Source: an uncultured Gammaproteobacteria bacterium (lineage in GTDB: Bacteria; Patescibacteriota; Microgenomatia; UBA8517). Taken from it: DNA of 64,000 nt. The first letter of the stretch is position 1; each line of letters opens with the position of its first letter. Under the pieces are notes generated by a model. It was not told the origin of the DNA. It saw nothing but the letters and a program-made list of their open reading frames with translations, and ran no database searches. Made by a program: the position numbers and the translations under genes. This document shows positions 47,653 to 57,225 of this stretch, piece by piece. The stretch is from positions 60,763 through 124,762 of the forward strand of contig CAZPLB010000003.1 in NCBI GenBank assembly GCA_964587425.1, given 5' to 3'.

Positions 47653-48018
47653 ATGATTAAGTCCATTTCATCACTTTTATTCTTTTCAAAAAATCTAAAG
47701 AGAACTTCTGAATTTTACAAGGCACTTGGCTTCAAGCCAGAGATAAAAGATAGTATGGTGAGTTTTTATGTGAACTGGTTTTCGGTCAACTTCATTGACA
47801 AGAAACACTCTGAATTTAAATCGGGATTTGAGGGTGATCTTGGCCGAGGCATGTTTATTTACATGAAAGTTGATGATGTAGACAAATTCTACAAATTCGT
47901 TCTCAAAAAGGGGATTAAGCCAGCGAGTATTCCGCGCGATTGGCCATGGAGAAACAGAGAATTTGTAGTCAAAGACCCAGATGGCTACAGACTTGTATTT
48001 TTTAACAAAATCAAATAA
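47653..48018 (+). CDS. VOC (glyoxalase/bleomycin-resistance/dioxygenase) family protein, paralog 1
   Basis: 121 aa; 'LLFFSKNLKRTSEFYKALGFK' beta-alpha-beta start typical of VOC. Confidence 0.6.
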   Translation: MIKSISSLLFFSKNLKRTSEFYKALGFKPEIKDSMVSFYVNWFSVNFIDKKHSEFKSGFEGDLGRGMFIYMKVDDVDKFYKFVLKKGIKPASIPRDWPWRNREFVVKDPDGYRLVFFNKIK

Positions 48019-48027
48019 CATATTCCC

Positions 48028-48423
48028 ATGACCAAAAACCCAGTAGTACATTTTGAAATGCCGGCAAAAGACAAGAAAAGAGCTTCAAAGTTTTACACAA
48101 ATGCATTTAGTTGGAATATGGTAATGACTGGCCCCGAAATGGGGAACTATTTAATTGCCCAAACTGCAGAAACTGATGAAAACAATATGGTTAAAACTCC
48201 AGGAACTATTAACGGTGGATTTTTTGAATATCAAGACAAACCAGGATTTACCCAGCCACACATAGTTATATCAGTAGACAATCTTGAAGAAAGCATGAAA
48301 AAAGTTGTTGATGAAGGTGGAACAATAGATGGTAAGCCAATGGATATTCAAACCATAGGCAAGTATGTAACTGCTATTGATCCAGAAGGAAATAGAGTAG
48401 GGTTGCTTCAGCCAGGAAAATAA
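48028..48423 (+). CDS. VOC family protein, paralog 2
   Basis: 131 aa; 'VVHFEMPAKDKKRASKFYTNAFSWNM'. Confidence 0.6.
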   Translation: MTKNPVVHFEMPAKDKKRASKFYTNAFSWNMVMTGPEMGNYLIAQTAETDENNMVKTPGTINGGFFEYQDKPGFTQPHIVISVDNLEESMKKVVDEGGTIDGKPMDIQTIGKYVTAIDPEGNRVGLLQPGK

Positions 48424-48424
48424 T

Positions 48425-48796
48425 ATGTTAAATTTTAATTCAGTATTGCTGTCTTCAGAAAACTACAAAGTTCTCGCTGACTTCTACAAAAAAGTATTCC
48501 AAAAGGAACCAGAAATGGCAGAAGAAGGCTATACAGGTTTTTTAGTTGGCAGTTGTTTCTTAAGTATTGGTGCTCATGACAAAATTCATGGCAAAAACAC
48601 CAACCCAGACAGAATCCTCCTTAATTTTGAAACAGATGATGTCAAAGGAGAATTTGAAAGAATCAAAGCTTTGGGAGCAGAAGTTGTAAAAGAACCTTAT
48701 TCAATGGGGGAGAACAATGATTTTTGGATAGCAACATTCGCTGATCCAGACAAAAACTACTTCCAGTTAATAACTCCTTGGAAGGCAGAGAAATAA
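48425..48796 (+). CDS. VOC family protein, paralog 3
   Basis: 123 aa; 'VLLSSENYKVLADFYKKVF'. Confidence 0.55.
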   Translation: MLNFNSVLLSSENYKVLADFYKKVFQKEPEMAEEGYTGFLVGSCFLSIGAHDKIHGKNTNPDRILLNFETDDVKGEFERIKALGAEVVKEPYSMGENNDFWIATFADPDKNYFQLITPWKAEK

Positions 48797-48803
48797 TTTC
48801 CAA

Positions 48804-49181
48804 ATGAGAGAAGATTGTCGTAAATCGTCCACAGAACCCCTAAGCTCGGAAGACAGATTAGTACAACTTGTAACTGAACTAGGACTCAAAGAGACTGAAG
48901 CAATGCGAGATTTAAGATCAAGGATTGAAGCCTCAGATATCAAAGCTAGTCTGGGAACATATCAAGATTTGGCAGGTGTGGAGATTGATAAATACAGTGA
49001 AATACCCCAAAGGGAGAATGCACAAATTGGATTAATTGTTATGTCTGCAGTGATTTGCCGTAAACTTGGAGCAGAGGAAGGATACATTGATGCCCTAGAT
49101 GCAGCTATTAATTATGCAGAAGGTATTGGAAGCGAAGACATTGCAAAAGAGTTAAGAGACTTAATCTCCAAAACAAGATAA
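48804..49181 (+). CDS. Hypothetical protein
   Basis: 125-aa ORF with no domain recognised. Confidence 0.4.
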   Translation: MREDCRKSSTEPLSSEDRLVQLVTELGLKETEAMRDLRSRIEASDIKASLGTYQDLAGVEIDKYSEIPQRENAQIGLIVMSAVICRKLGAEEGYIDALDAAINYAEGIGSEDIAKELRDLISKTR

Positions 49182-49390
49182 GCAAAAATACTCTAATTAG
49201 TGTCAGCACAAGCTCCCGTGGAGTTGGAAGGTCGACTTGCCTTCATCGTAATGCTTGCGCATCCCGCAGTAGAGCCTTTCTGCATTTCAACCCCACAGCA
49301 ACTTGCAACTCTGAAGATATTATATATCACTGATGTCAAGGATATGATTCTCCGTTTTTATTTAGGTTAGAAAATGAAGAGAGAGACTTG

Positions 49391-49795
49391 TTAGATACTA
49401 CCCACAATTTTCTCCAAGAACTCGCGATCTTCAGTCACTGCCATTTGTTCGATTGCACCATCAATCTCAAACCAATCATATAGTTCGTCTGCTTTTTGGT
49501 GGAAATCTGGCTTGTCTGAAGTCATTAAAAACATGTGAATATCTTTCAAAACAGGTGTACCATCTCTTTCTGTTGCTTGTTTGGTATATACACCAAGTTT
49601 CTTGACAATTTTTAATTCTGTTAGTCCAGTTTCTTCAGTTACTTCCCTCATTGCAGCTTGTTCAAAAGTTTCACCGTCTTCTACATGGCCTTTTGGAAAC
49701 CCCAAACCTTTTATGTGTGTGTAAATAGTCAACAATATTTTTTTGTTTGGATTAGTCTTAACTACTATTCCTCCTGCTGATATTACCTTTTTCAT
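49391..49795 (-). CDS. NUDIX hydrolase
   Basis: Start taken at the internal Met (49795). Nudix box 'GFPKGHVEDGETFEQAAMREVTEETGL' (GX5EX7REUXEEXGU). Confidence 0.7.
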   Translation of the reverse strand: MKKVISAGGIVVKTNPNKKILLTIYTHIKGLGFPKGHVEDGETFEQAAMREVTEETGLTELKIVKKLGVYTKQATERDGTPVLKDIHMFLMTSDKPDFHQKADELYDWFEIDGAIEQMAVTEDREFLEKIVGSI

Positions 49796-49825
49796 TTGTT
49801 TGTAATTATAATACACTAAAGCGAA

Positions 49826-50338
49826 ATGACTAACCCAACACAAACAATTGACTGGAAAGGGGATAAGTTTGTAGTTGAATGGATAAAAACTAATTCTCTT
49901 AAAGGTATGACTCCAATTAATCAGGTGTATGGTGTTTGCTTTAATGACAAAGACGAGATCTTGATTGCCAGAAAAGAAGGCAGAGGATACTGGATAGTTC
50001 CAGGAGGACATCCAGAGAAGAATGAAACTACAGAGGAAACTTTAGAACGTGAAATGATTGAGGAAGCTGATGTAAAGATTAAAAACATCAAAGTTCTTGG
50101 AGCACAAAAAGTATATCCAGAAGGAAAACCAAAAGAATATTTTTACCAAGTAAGATGTATTTGTGAAGTTGATAAAATTCTACCTCAAACCCCAGACCCA
50201 GATGATAATAAAAACTGGGAGAGAAAGTTTGTACCAACAGATAAAATAACTAAATTTGTTAAATGGGGGGTAATTGGAAATGCAATGTTCAAAGATGCAA
50301 TTAAACTTCATGATTTATCTCTGGAAGTGTTAAAATAG
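49826..50338 (+). CDS. NUDIX hydrolase (second, divergent)
   Basis: 170 aa; Nudix box 'GGHPEKNETTEETLEREMIEEADV'. Confidence 0.7.
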   Translation: MTNPTQTIDWKGDKFVVEWIKTNSLKGMTPINQVYGVCFNDKDEILIARKEGRGYWIVPGGHPEKNETTEETLEREMIEEADVKIKNIKVLGAQKVYPEGKPKEYFYQVRCICEVDKILPQTPDPDDNKNWERKFVPTDKITKFVKWGVIGNAMFKDAIKLHDLSLEVLK

Positions 50339-50342
50339 CTTC

Positions 50343-50927
50343 ATGGATGTTTTTGAATACAAAATAAAATTGGCAGAAGAAATAATAGAGGAACGAGAGT
50401 TTGTGAATAATAAATATCTATCTTTAAAGGTGGAAACTATAAAACAGTTTCGTGATCTAATTATTCAATTCGTTATAATATCTTCAGGTATAATTGGCTT
50501 TACCTTACCGGTTTTTGACAAAACACAACTAGTAAAAAATAAAACATTTTTAATTGGTGGTCTAGCGGAATTATTAATCATTGTTTTATTTGGATTTTAC
50601 TATTTAAAAAATATTCTTGAAAAGGAAAATGATTCGCTAGAAAAAGACAGTAAAGCATTTAACGAATATCTCGATAAAAAAAGAGATGCTAAAATAGAAT
50701 TTATAAAAAGTTTAAATGGCCACACCAAATCTGATGCATTTAAAATTTACGAGGAAGAAAACCACCAAGCACTTATCGTATTAAATAACAAAGTAAAAAC
50801 CCGACCTTCACAAAAAGATTATGTTCTAGACTTGGTATTTATTGCTTTCTTTCTCGGCCTCGCTTTAATTGTTTTATCTCTAACAGATTTTAATTTTTAT
50901 TTTCTATTAAAAATATTTAATCTATGA
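50343..50927 (+). CDS. Hypothetical membrane protein
   Basis: 194 aa, ~3 TM helices; no domain recognised. Confidence 0.45.
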   Translation: MDVFEYKIKLAEEIIEEREFVNNKYLSLKVETIKQFRDLIIQFVIISSGIIGFTLPVFDKTQLVKNKTFLIGGLAELLIIVLFGFYYLKNILEKENDSLEKDSKAFNEYLDKKRDAKIEFIKSLNGHTKSDAFKIYEEENHQALIVLNNKVKTRPSQKDYVLDLVFIAFFLGLALIVLSLTDFNFYFLLKIFNL

Positions 50928-51919
50928 ATCTGAAAGTAGGTATAGTAGGTCTCCCAAATGTAGGAAAGTCCACTCTCTTTAATGCACTTCTAAAAAGACA
51001 AGTTGCATATGTAGCAAACTTTCCATTTGCTACAGTTGAACCAAATGTTGGCATTGTTCCAGTTCCTGACAATCGTCTTCAAAAACTATCTGAAGCAGTT
51101 AAAACTTCTGAAAATACACCGGATCTTCCTCCAGAAGTTCCAGCTACTGTAGAGTTTGTAGATATTGCAGGAATAATTAAAGGAGCAAGTAAGGGTGAAG
51201 GATTGGGAAATAAATTTCTGAGCCACATTAGAGAAGTTGATGCCATCTGCTATGTTCTTCGTGGTTTTAGTGACCCAGACATTATTAAAGAGGGAAGTAC
51301 TGACCCAAAGTCTGATTTTGAAATATTAAAAACAGAACTTGACCTAGCTGACTTTGAAACAGTTGAAAAACACAAAACAAAAAAGAACCAAACACAAGAA
51401 GAACTACCATTATTTAGTAAAAAACCATTCCTTGTTGTAATTAATGTTGATGAAAATGATTTAAAAGATGCAACCAAAATCGAAGTAGAGTATGCTTCAA
51501 AACTTGGAATTCACACCCACCAGGTTATAGCAATCTCTGCCAAAATTGAATCCGAACTCTCAGATCTCACCGAAGGTGATGGAAAAAAATATCTTGAAGA
51601 CCTTGGGGTAAAAGAATCAGGGTTAGAGCGGCTCATCAAAAAAGCATTTGAAACTCTTGGATTAATTACATTTCTAACAGCGGGCGTTAAAGAAGTACGT
51701 GCATGGACCATTCCTGTAGGAATAGATGCTCAAAATGCAGCTGGTGTTATTCACACTGACTTCATTAAAAAATTCATAAAAGCAGATGTTGTTGACTATA
51801 AAGATTTTGTTGAACTGGAAGGGTGGAAAAATTGTCGTGAAAAAGGCAAAGTAAGAAGTGAAGGTCGTGACTATATTATGAAAGACGGAGATGTTGTAGA
51901 GTTCAAGATTGGGAGCTGA
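50924..51919 (+). CDS. ychF: Ribosome-binding ATPase YchF/Ola1 (short form)
   Basis: 331 aa; '[18 protein letters not shown]', '[13 protein letters not shown]', C-terminal TGS domain. Confidence 0.85.
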   Translation: MNLKVGIVGLPNVGKSTLFNALLKRQVAYVANFPFATVEPNVGIVPVPDNRLQKLSEAVKTSENTPDLPPEVPATVEFVDIAGIIKGASKGEGLGNKFLSHIREVDAICYVLRGFSDPDIIKEGSTDPKSDFEILKTELDLADFETVEKHKTKKNQTQEELPLFSKKPFLVVINVDENDLKDATKIEVEYASKLGIHTHQVIAISAKIESELSDLTEGDGKKYLEDLGVKESGLERLIKKAFETLGLITFLTAGVKEVRAWTIPVGIDAQNAAGVIHTDFIKKFIKADVVDYKDFVELEGWKNCREKGKVRSEGRDYIMKDGDVVEFKIGS

Positions 51920-52505
51920 AGAAAGACATAATTTGTTTTTCTTGATCTGCAGTTAAATTAGTTGAAACACCTTCTTTCTCATAAAAACCCAACCCACCTT
52001 CCTTCCTTGTCAAATCTCCTTTTATACTAATCTTTTCTACACCCTCGTCCTTAAGCAGAAGTCTACCTAGATTGTATAAAAATTTACCAACACCTCTTCC
52101 TCTAAATTTAGACCCAACAGAAAACCCATCAACATCTCCCTTAAATGAGTTACTAATCATAGCAATATGTTCTGGTAATTCTTTGTCAGAATTATCCTCA
52201 ATGGAAGTTAGAAGATTAATATAAAGAAAAGCAGTTTCCGGTTTTTGTTCAGTCACTCTAAAATCAATATGGCCAATTGGTATCATGGCATTATTTTCCT
52301 TTGTATAAACCACAAAGAAATGATCTTTTCCTACAATTCTGCCACTTGAGAGAGCGGGGGTTTCTATGCGACAAAGGAACATGTTCCCATTTAAGGGAAC
52401 CAGGGGAGAATATCTAACCTTACCATTTTGTTCTTTAAGGCTAATTTGCTCAATAATTCCAGAATCGACAATATTCTCCATAGCTAGAAAAAAGTATAAC
52501 ACCAT
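51903..52505 (-). CDS. GNAT-family N-acetyltransferase
   Basis: Motif A 'FRGRGVGKFLYN', motif B 'GFYEKEG'; start may be the internal Met at 52481. Confidence 0.6.
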   Translation of the reverse strand: MVLYFFLAMENIVDSGIIEQISLKEQNGKVRYSPLVPLNGNMFLCRIETPALSSGRIVGKDHFFVVYTKENNAMIPIGHIDFRVTEQKPETAFLYINLLTSIEDNSDKELPEHIAMISNSFKGDVDGFSVGSKFRGRGVGKFLYNLGRLLLKDEGVEKISIKGDLTRKEGGLGFYEKEGVSTNLTADQEKQIMSFFSSQS

Positions 52506-52523
52506 GCTATACTTTCCGTACTT

Positions 52524-52805
52524 ATGAATAAATACGAACTAACCATAGTCCTAGATGGCAAGGCAACTGCTGCCAAAAAGAAGTCAGTTACTGAAAAGCT
52601 TGAAAAGATGATTAAAGCCCTGAAGGGGAATGTTGTTAAGGTTAAAGACTGGGGAATAAAAGACTTGTACTATGAAATCAAAAAGTCTGAAACTGGCGCA
52701 TTTTTAATTTTTGAACTAGAATTGGAAGGCCAAGGAGCCAAAACAATTAATGATAAATTGAGGCTAGAAGAAGAAGTAATCAGATATTTATTAATTAGAA
52801 AGTAA
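52524..52805 (+). CDS. rpsF: 30S ribosomal protein S6
   Basis: 93 aa; 'YELTIVLDGK' S6 N-terminus; rpsF-ssb-rpsR synteny. Confidence 0.8.
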   Translation: MNKYELTIVLDGKATAAKKKSVTEKLEKMIKALKGNVVKVKDWGIKDLYYEIKKSETGAFLIFELELEGQGAKTINDKLRLEEEVIRYLLIRK

Positions 52806-53305
52806 TGGCAAGAAGTTTAAATAAAGTTATGCTAATTGGGAACCTGACTCGGGATCCTGAGTTAAGGTACACCCCCCAGGGAACTGGTGTAATTACTTTT
52901 AGTATTGCAACCAATAGACAGTGGAAGACAGAGAGTGGAGATCAGAAAGACGAAGCAGAATTTCATAGAATTGTAGCTTGGGACAAGTTAGCTGAAATTT
53001 GTGCAAAGATGCTTTTCAAGGGGACAAGATGTTACGTTGAAGGAAGACTGCAAACAAGAAGTTGGCAGGCACAGGATGGAGCACAGAAGCAGACAACTGA
53101 GATAGTAATTTCAGATATGATTGTCCTTGACTCAAAAAGACAAGGCGGAGATGAAATTAATGTTCCAGAGGATATGGGTGAAGAGAAAGTAGAGTCAAAA
53201 ACAAAGGAAGAGAAACCAGAAGTAAAAGAAACCAAAAAGCCAGTTAAGGAGAAAAAAGAGGAAGAACCAAAAGATTTAAACGTTGAAGAGGATATTCCTT
53301 TCTAA
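52805..53305 (+). CDS. ssb: Single-stranded DNA-binding protein
   Basis: 166 aa; OB fold 'NKVMLIGNLTRDPELRYTPQG'; acidic tail ending 'EEDIPF'. Confidence 0.9.
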   Translation: MARSLNKVMLIGNLTRDPELRYTPQGTGVITFSIATNRQWKTESGDQKDEAEFHRIVAWDKLAEICAKMLFKGTRCYVEGRLQTRSWQAQDGAQKQTTEIVISDMIVLDSKRQGGDEINVPEDMGEEKVESKTKEEKPEVKETKKPVKEKKEEEPKDLNVEEDIPF

Positions 53306-53315
53306 ATCTAAATAT

Positions 53316-53555
53316 ATGATGAAAAAGAAAATAGTTAAAAAAGAAGTAAAGCTAAATGCCCATTGCCCATTCTGTATTAACAGAACAGATCCAAATTATT
53401 TGGAAGTAGATGAATTAAAGAAATTAGTCTCAGACAGAGGCAGAATCTTGTCTCGCGGCCGTTCTGGACTTTGTTCAAAACACCAGAAAAAGTTAGCAAT
53501 AGCAGTTAAAAGAGCAAGACATTTGGGACTTCTGCCTTTCAAGGGCGGGTTCTAA
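53316..53555 (+). CDS. rpsR: 30S ribosomal protein S18
   Basis: Start at the ATG at 53316 to avoid overlap with ssb; 'CPFC...DPNYLEVDELKKLVSDRGRILSRGRSGLCSKHQKKLAIAVKRARHLGLLPF'. Confidence 0.85.
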   Translation: MMKKKIVKKEVKLNAHCPFCINRTDPNYLEVDELKKLVSDRGRILSRGRSGLCSKHQKKLAIAVKRARHLGLLPFKGGF

Positions 53556-53574
53556 AGCTCTTGAGAATTTATTC

Positions 53575-54810
53575 ATGAAATTTAAACTTGCCACAGTCAG
53601 GAAGATTTTTTTTGTTGCAATTTTTGCCTCATTGGTTTTTCTCTCCGGTTACTCAGTTGGTAAGGCAGGTTTCGTAGCTGAGCTCGCAAACTTCCCAAGA
53701 GTCCATATAACAAGAATTACTCCAGTTAAAGATTTAGACTTCGCCTTGTTTTGGAAAGTATGGGACACTATCAATAATTCCTACTACGACAAATCAAAAG
53801 TGAAAAAGGGAGATATGGTGTACGGTGCCATTAGAGGAATGGTGGCATCCTTAGGTGATCCATACACTCTTTTCCTAACCCCATCAGACAACAAAGTCTC
53901 AAATGAAGACTTACAAGGGAATTTTAGTGGAGTAGGGATTCAAATTGGGTTCAAAGGAACACAGTTAGTGGTAATTGCCCCTCTTCCAGAGTCCCCAGCA
54001 GAGAAAGCAGGAGTAAAGGCAGGAGACCTAATAATGGGAATAAAAGACACATCAAAAGGTGTTGATATTGGTACAGCAAATATTAATCTTCAGGAAGCAG
54101 TCCAACATATCAGAGGCCAAAAGGGTACAAAGGTAACACTTACTCTCATGCGCGAAGGAAGCGACAAGCCAATAGTTGTAGATTTAGTAAGAGAACAGAT
54201 AAATGTTCCCAGCGTCACATTAAAATACACCGGAAAAAATAATGAAATTGCCCACCTTTCAATTTTGAAGTTTGGTGCAGAAACCCCAGGTGAATGGCAA
54301 AAAAGCGTCAACGAGATAGCAGCAAAAGGAGATAGTATTAAAGGGATAGTTCTTGATTTGAGAAATAACCCAGGAGGATACCTCCAAGATGCAGTTGATA
54401 TTGCAGGAGAATTTCTAGAAGCAAATTCAGTTGCAGTAATCCAGGCAACAGTAGACACGCAAATTCCATTGAAAACAGACCGTGAGGGAAGATTCATTAA
54501 TGCAAAAGTAGTAGTTCTTGTAAACGGTGGATCTGCTTCAGCTAGTGAAATTTTGGCAGGAGCGCTTCGTGACAACAAAAAAATAAAACTAATTGGTGAA
54601 AAAACATTTGGCAAAGGAACTATTCAGGAACCCCAGGAATTAGATGGTGGGGCAGGACTCCACATTACTATTGCCAAATGGCTAACCCCAAATGGAACCT
54701 GGGTCCACGACAAAGGCCTAGAGCCCGATGACAAAGTAGAAGACAAAGCAGATACAGAAGAAGATGAGCAGCTTCTTGAAGCAGTTAAAGTACTCTCAGG
54801 AAGTTTTTGA
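53575..54810 (+). CDS. ctpA: Carboxyl-terminal processing protease (S41) with PDZ domain
   Basis: 411 aa; signal anchor; PDZ 'GVGIQIG', S41 catalytic region 'VVLVNGGSASASEILAGAL' and Lys region. Confidence 0.8.
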   Translation: MKFKLATVRKIFFVAIFASLVFLSGYSVGKAGFVAELANFPRVHITRITPVKDLDFALFWKVWDTINNSYYDKSKVKKGDMVYGAIRGMVASLGDPYTLFLTPSDNKVSNEDLQGNFSGVGIQIGFKGTQLVVIAPLPESPAEKAGVKAGDLIMGIKDTSKGVDIGTANINLQEAVQHIRGQKGTKVTLTLMREGSDKPIVVDLVREQINVPSVTLKYTGKNNEIAHLSILKFGAETPGEWQKSVNEIAAKGDSIKGIVLDLRNNPGGYLQDAVDIAGEFLEANSVAVIQATVDTQIPLKTDREGRFINAKVVVLVNGGSASASEILAGALRDNKKIKLIGEKTFGKGTIQEPQELDGGAGLHITIAKWLTPNGTWVHDKGLEPDDKVEDKADTEEDEQLLEAVKVLSGSF

Positions 54811-54825
54811 GAGAGACAAAGAATA

Positions 54826-55272
54826 ATGGCAGATCCTCGACAGACAGACGAATTTAAAATGTACGAAGAGCACCTTGGCCAACCAGAAAAAGTTGCAAAT
54901 TTTCTCGAAAGCACTGGGATCAAGAAATACCCTTCTGCCAAAGATATTTTATCTTGGCTATCAACTTCAAAGACAAACCCTTTAATTACAAAAAATGTTC
55001 TTAAATTTATCTGGAGTGAAGTAGAGGAAAGAAGAATTGTAACTATTTCGCAAGAGGATGAGAACACTCTGTTGCATGTTGAAATCACTGGACCAAAAGG
55101 TAACGATCCAAACGCAACATGGCAAAAAACATTAGATGAAAAAGAACCAATAGGGGAAATAACTTACGACAAGGAAGAAAATAAATTATTAGTCCAAGGA
55201 AAAAAACGATTATTTACAATTGCTCCAGATGGACAGATAGGAACAACTTGGGAACAGCAACCCAAGAATTAA
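54826..55272 (+). CDS. Hypothetical protein
   Basis: 148-aa ORF with no domain recognised. Confidence 0.45.
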   Translation: MADPRQTDEFKMYEEHLGQPEKVANFLESTGIKKYPSAKDILSWLSTSKTNPLITKNVLKFIWSEVEERRIVTISQEDENTLLHVEITGPKGNDPNATWQKTLDEKEPIGEITYDKEENKLLVQGKKRLFTIAPDGQIGTTWEQQPKN

Positions 55273-55982
55273 ATAATTAAATTCTTTGTCGCAGCCAGGA
55301 TTTTATCTATCTCTCCATCAATAATTTTTTCCAAGTTTCCAAAACTCTTTCCAATTCTGTGATCTGTCACCCTATCCTGTGCAAAATTATATGTTCTAAT
55401 CTTCTCACTTCTCATCCCTCGTCCTATTGAACTTCTGTACCCAGCAACTGTTCTCATTTTTTCTTCCTCTTGGCGTTCAAAAAGTTTGGCTCTTAAAATG
55501 TCCATTGCAATGTTCCTGTTTTGTTCCTGAAACCGCTCTGTCTGTGCTGTCACTACTATCCCACTAGGACGGTGGGTGAGCCTTACTGCAGTCGAAACTT
55601 TATTTACGTTTTGTCCTCCATGCCCTCCGGACCTGAAAAACTGTATATCAAGATCGTCAGGTCGAATTACAACATCGCTTTCTTTCACCTCGGGAAGAAC
55701 CGCAACGGTTGCAGTCGAAGTGTGAACCCTACCCCTTTTTTCAGTTTTTGGAACTCTCTGAACCCGGTGTACTCCGCTTTCATTTTTCAGTAAATCAAAG
55801 ACTCCAACACCAGTTATCCTCAGAACATTTTCATCAACGACCTCAGTTTTGAGGTTTTGCTTTACAAAATATCTGCTGTACATTCGGAAAAGATCATTGG
55901 CCCAAATTTTTGCTTCATCGCCTCCAGTTGCTCCTCTTACTTCCAAGTATGCAGTTTGGTTAGTGGGGAATTGATTGTCCAT
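55269..55982 (-). CDS. prfA: Class-I peptide chain release factor, RF1-type (PxT = PKT), lacking N-terminal domain 1
   Basis: 237 aa beginning at the equivalent of RF1 residue ~115 ('YLEVRGATGGDEAKIWANDLFRMYSRY'); 'RVQRVPKTEKRGRVHTS' codon-recognition loop; GGQ 'RSGGHGGQNVNK'. Only 20 nt separate it from the upstream rpmE. Confidence 0.75.
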   Translation of the reverse strand: MDNQFPTNQTAYLEVRGATGGDEAKIWANDLFRMYSRYFVKQNLKTEVVDENVLRITGVGVFDLLKNESGVHRVQRVPKTEKRGRVHTSTATVAVLPEVKESDVVIRPDDLDIQFFRSGGHGGQNVNKVSTAVRLTHRPSGIVVTAQTERFQEQNRNIAMDILRAKLFERQEEEKMRTVAGYRSSIGRGMRSEKIRTYNFAQDRVTDHRIGKSFGNLEKIIDGEIDKILAATKNLII

Positions 55983-56002
55983 AGTGTTGCAGAGTGAAAG
56001 GA

Positions 56003-56302
56003 TTACCCGCGAAGTTGGGAAAGCGTTTCTGGTCTTGCAAGCTCTTCTTGTAGTTTCTTTTCGCGCTTTAACTTCCTCTTTTCAGTCTTTGAAACAGTTT
56101 TTTTGACATTAGACATACGAGCTTTGAATGCGTCAACCCGTCCTGCTGTATCAATGAACTTCATCTGACCAGTATAGAAAGGATGACAGTTGGAGCATAT
56201 TTCAACCTTGATCTCAGGCACAGTTGCACCTATTGTAAATGCATTACCACAGGCACAAGTTACCTTTGCCTGATACCATTTTGGATGTGTTGCAGTTTTC
56301 AT
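56003..56302 (-). CDS. rpmE: 50S ribosomal protein L31 with Lys-rich C-terminal extension
   Basis: 99 aa; zinc ribbon 'CACGN...[10 protein letters not shown]'. Confidence 0.85.
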   Translation of the reverse strand: MKTATHPKWYQAKVTCACGNAFTIGATVPEIKVEICSNCHPFYTGQMKFIDTAGRVDAFKARMSNVKKTVSKTEKRKLKREKKLQEELARPETLSQLRG

Positions 56303-56310
56303 GTGTGAGC

Positions 56311-57225
56311 CTATTTTACCACACGCCTCTTGTATTCGGCAATGGCTATGCCAATAACCACAATTATTGAGCCAATTATGAAAGAGGTCGTCATCTTTTC
56401 ACCAAGTAGGACTACAGCAAAAGGAATAGTGAAAACTGTCTGCAAATAGGTGAATAGTGCAGCCTCCGATACTTCAATTGTTTTCTGCCCCTTTTGGTAA
56501 AGGAAGTACCCAAGTGCCCCAGAGAAAACTGCCATGTAAACTACTCCTAAATGAGATATAAGTGAAGCATTTGAAATCATACTAAAAATTTTTCCAAATG
56601 ACCCTGTTTCAACCAAAGCCATCGGAATCATTGTTACAAATCCAACCACAAATCCGGCTGTTGTCAAAAGTATTGGGTCAGCGTTTTTTCTCAACGATTT
56701 CTTAGACAAAACAACAAATCCAATCCAGGCAAAGTTTGCAAGAACAATTAAAAAATTACCCAGAATATTCGAATACCCATCTCCTTTGGTTTCAAAAAAG
56801 GGAATGACAGTTAGGACAAAGGTGCCAATAATAGTAACTAATATTCCAACCTTTTCTTGTTTTGTAATGTGTTCCTTCAAGAAAATTACTCCTGCCAAAA
56901 CTACAAGCATTGGGCCTGTTCCTGTAATTATTGCCTGGTCAATAACTGTAGTTAGTTTTGTTCCATAAAAAAGAAGACTCAAGTTTAATGTGGTTCCAAA
57001 AAATGAAAGAAGAATTAAATTAAATATCTCACTCCTATTTCTGGGCAGCCGAACTTTTTTATAGATAGCAAAAGGCACAAGTAAGATGACTATTAGGAAA
57101 AATCTATACAAAAGAAACACAAAAGGGGAGAGTTCATTAAGAGTAACCTTAACCACAACCCCCGCAAATCCCCAGATCAAAGCAGCAAGGGTTAAATAAA
57201 TGTAGGCAGTAAGTCTTCGCGACAT
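56311..57225 (-). CDS. EamA/DMT-family transporter
   Basis: 304 aa, 10 TM, duplicated EamA halves. Confidence 0.7.
   Translation of the reverse strand: MSRRLTAYIYLTLAALIWGFAGVVVKVTLNELSPFVFLLYRFFLIVILLVPFAIYKKVRLPRNRSEIFNLILLSFFGTTLNLSLLFYGTKLTTVIDQAIITGTGPMLVVLAGVIFLKEHITKQEKVGILVTIIGTFVLTVIPFFETKGDGYSNILGNFLIVLANFAWIGFVVLSKKSLRKNADPILLTTAGFVVGFVTMIPMALVETGSFGKIFSMISNASLISHLGVVYMAVFSGALGYFLYQKGQKTIEVSEAALFTYLQTVFTIPFAVVLLGEKMTTSFIIGSIIVVIGIAIAEYKRRVVK

Noticed and set aside
55269-56002. Programmed +1 frameshift (RF2-type) to explain the short release factor
   Set aside because: The codon-recognition loop is PxT (RF1-type) not SPF, and the upstream 20 nt up to rpmE contain no ORF that could supply domain 1.
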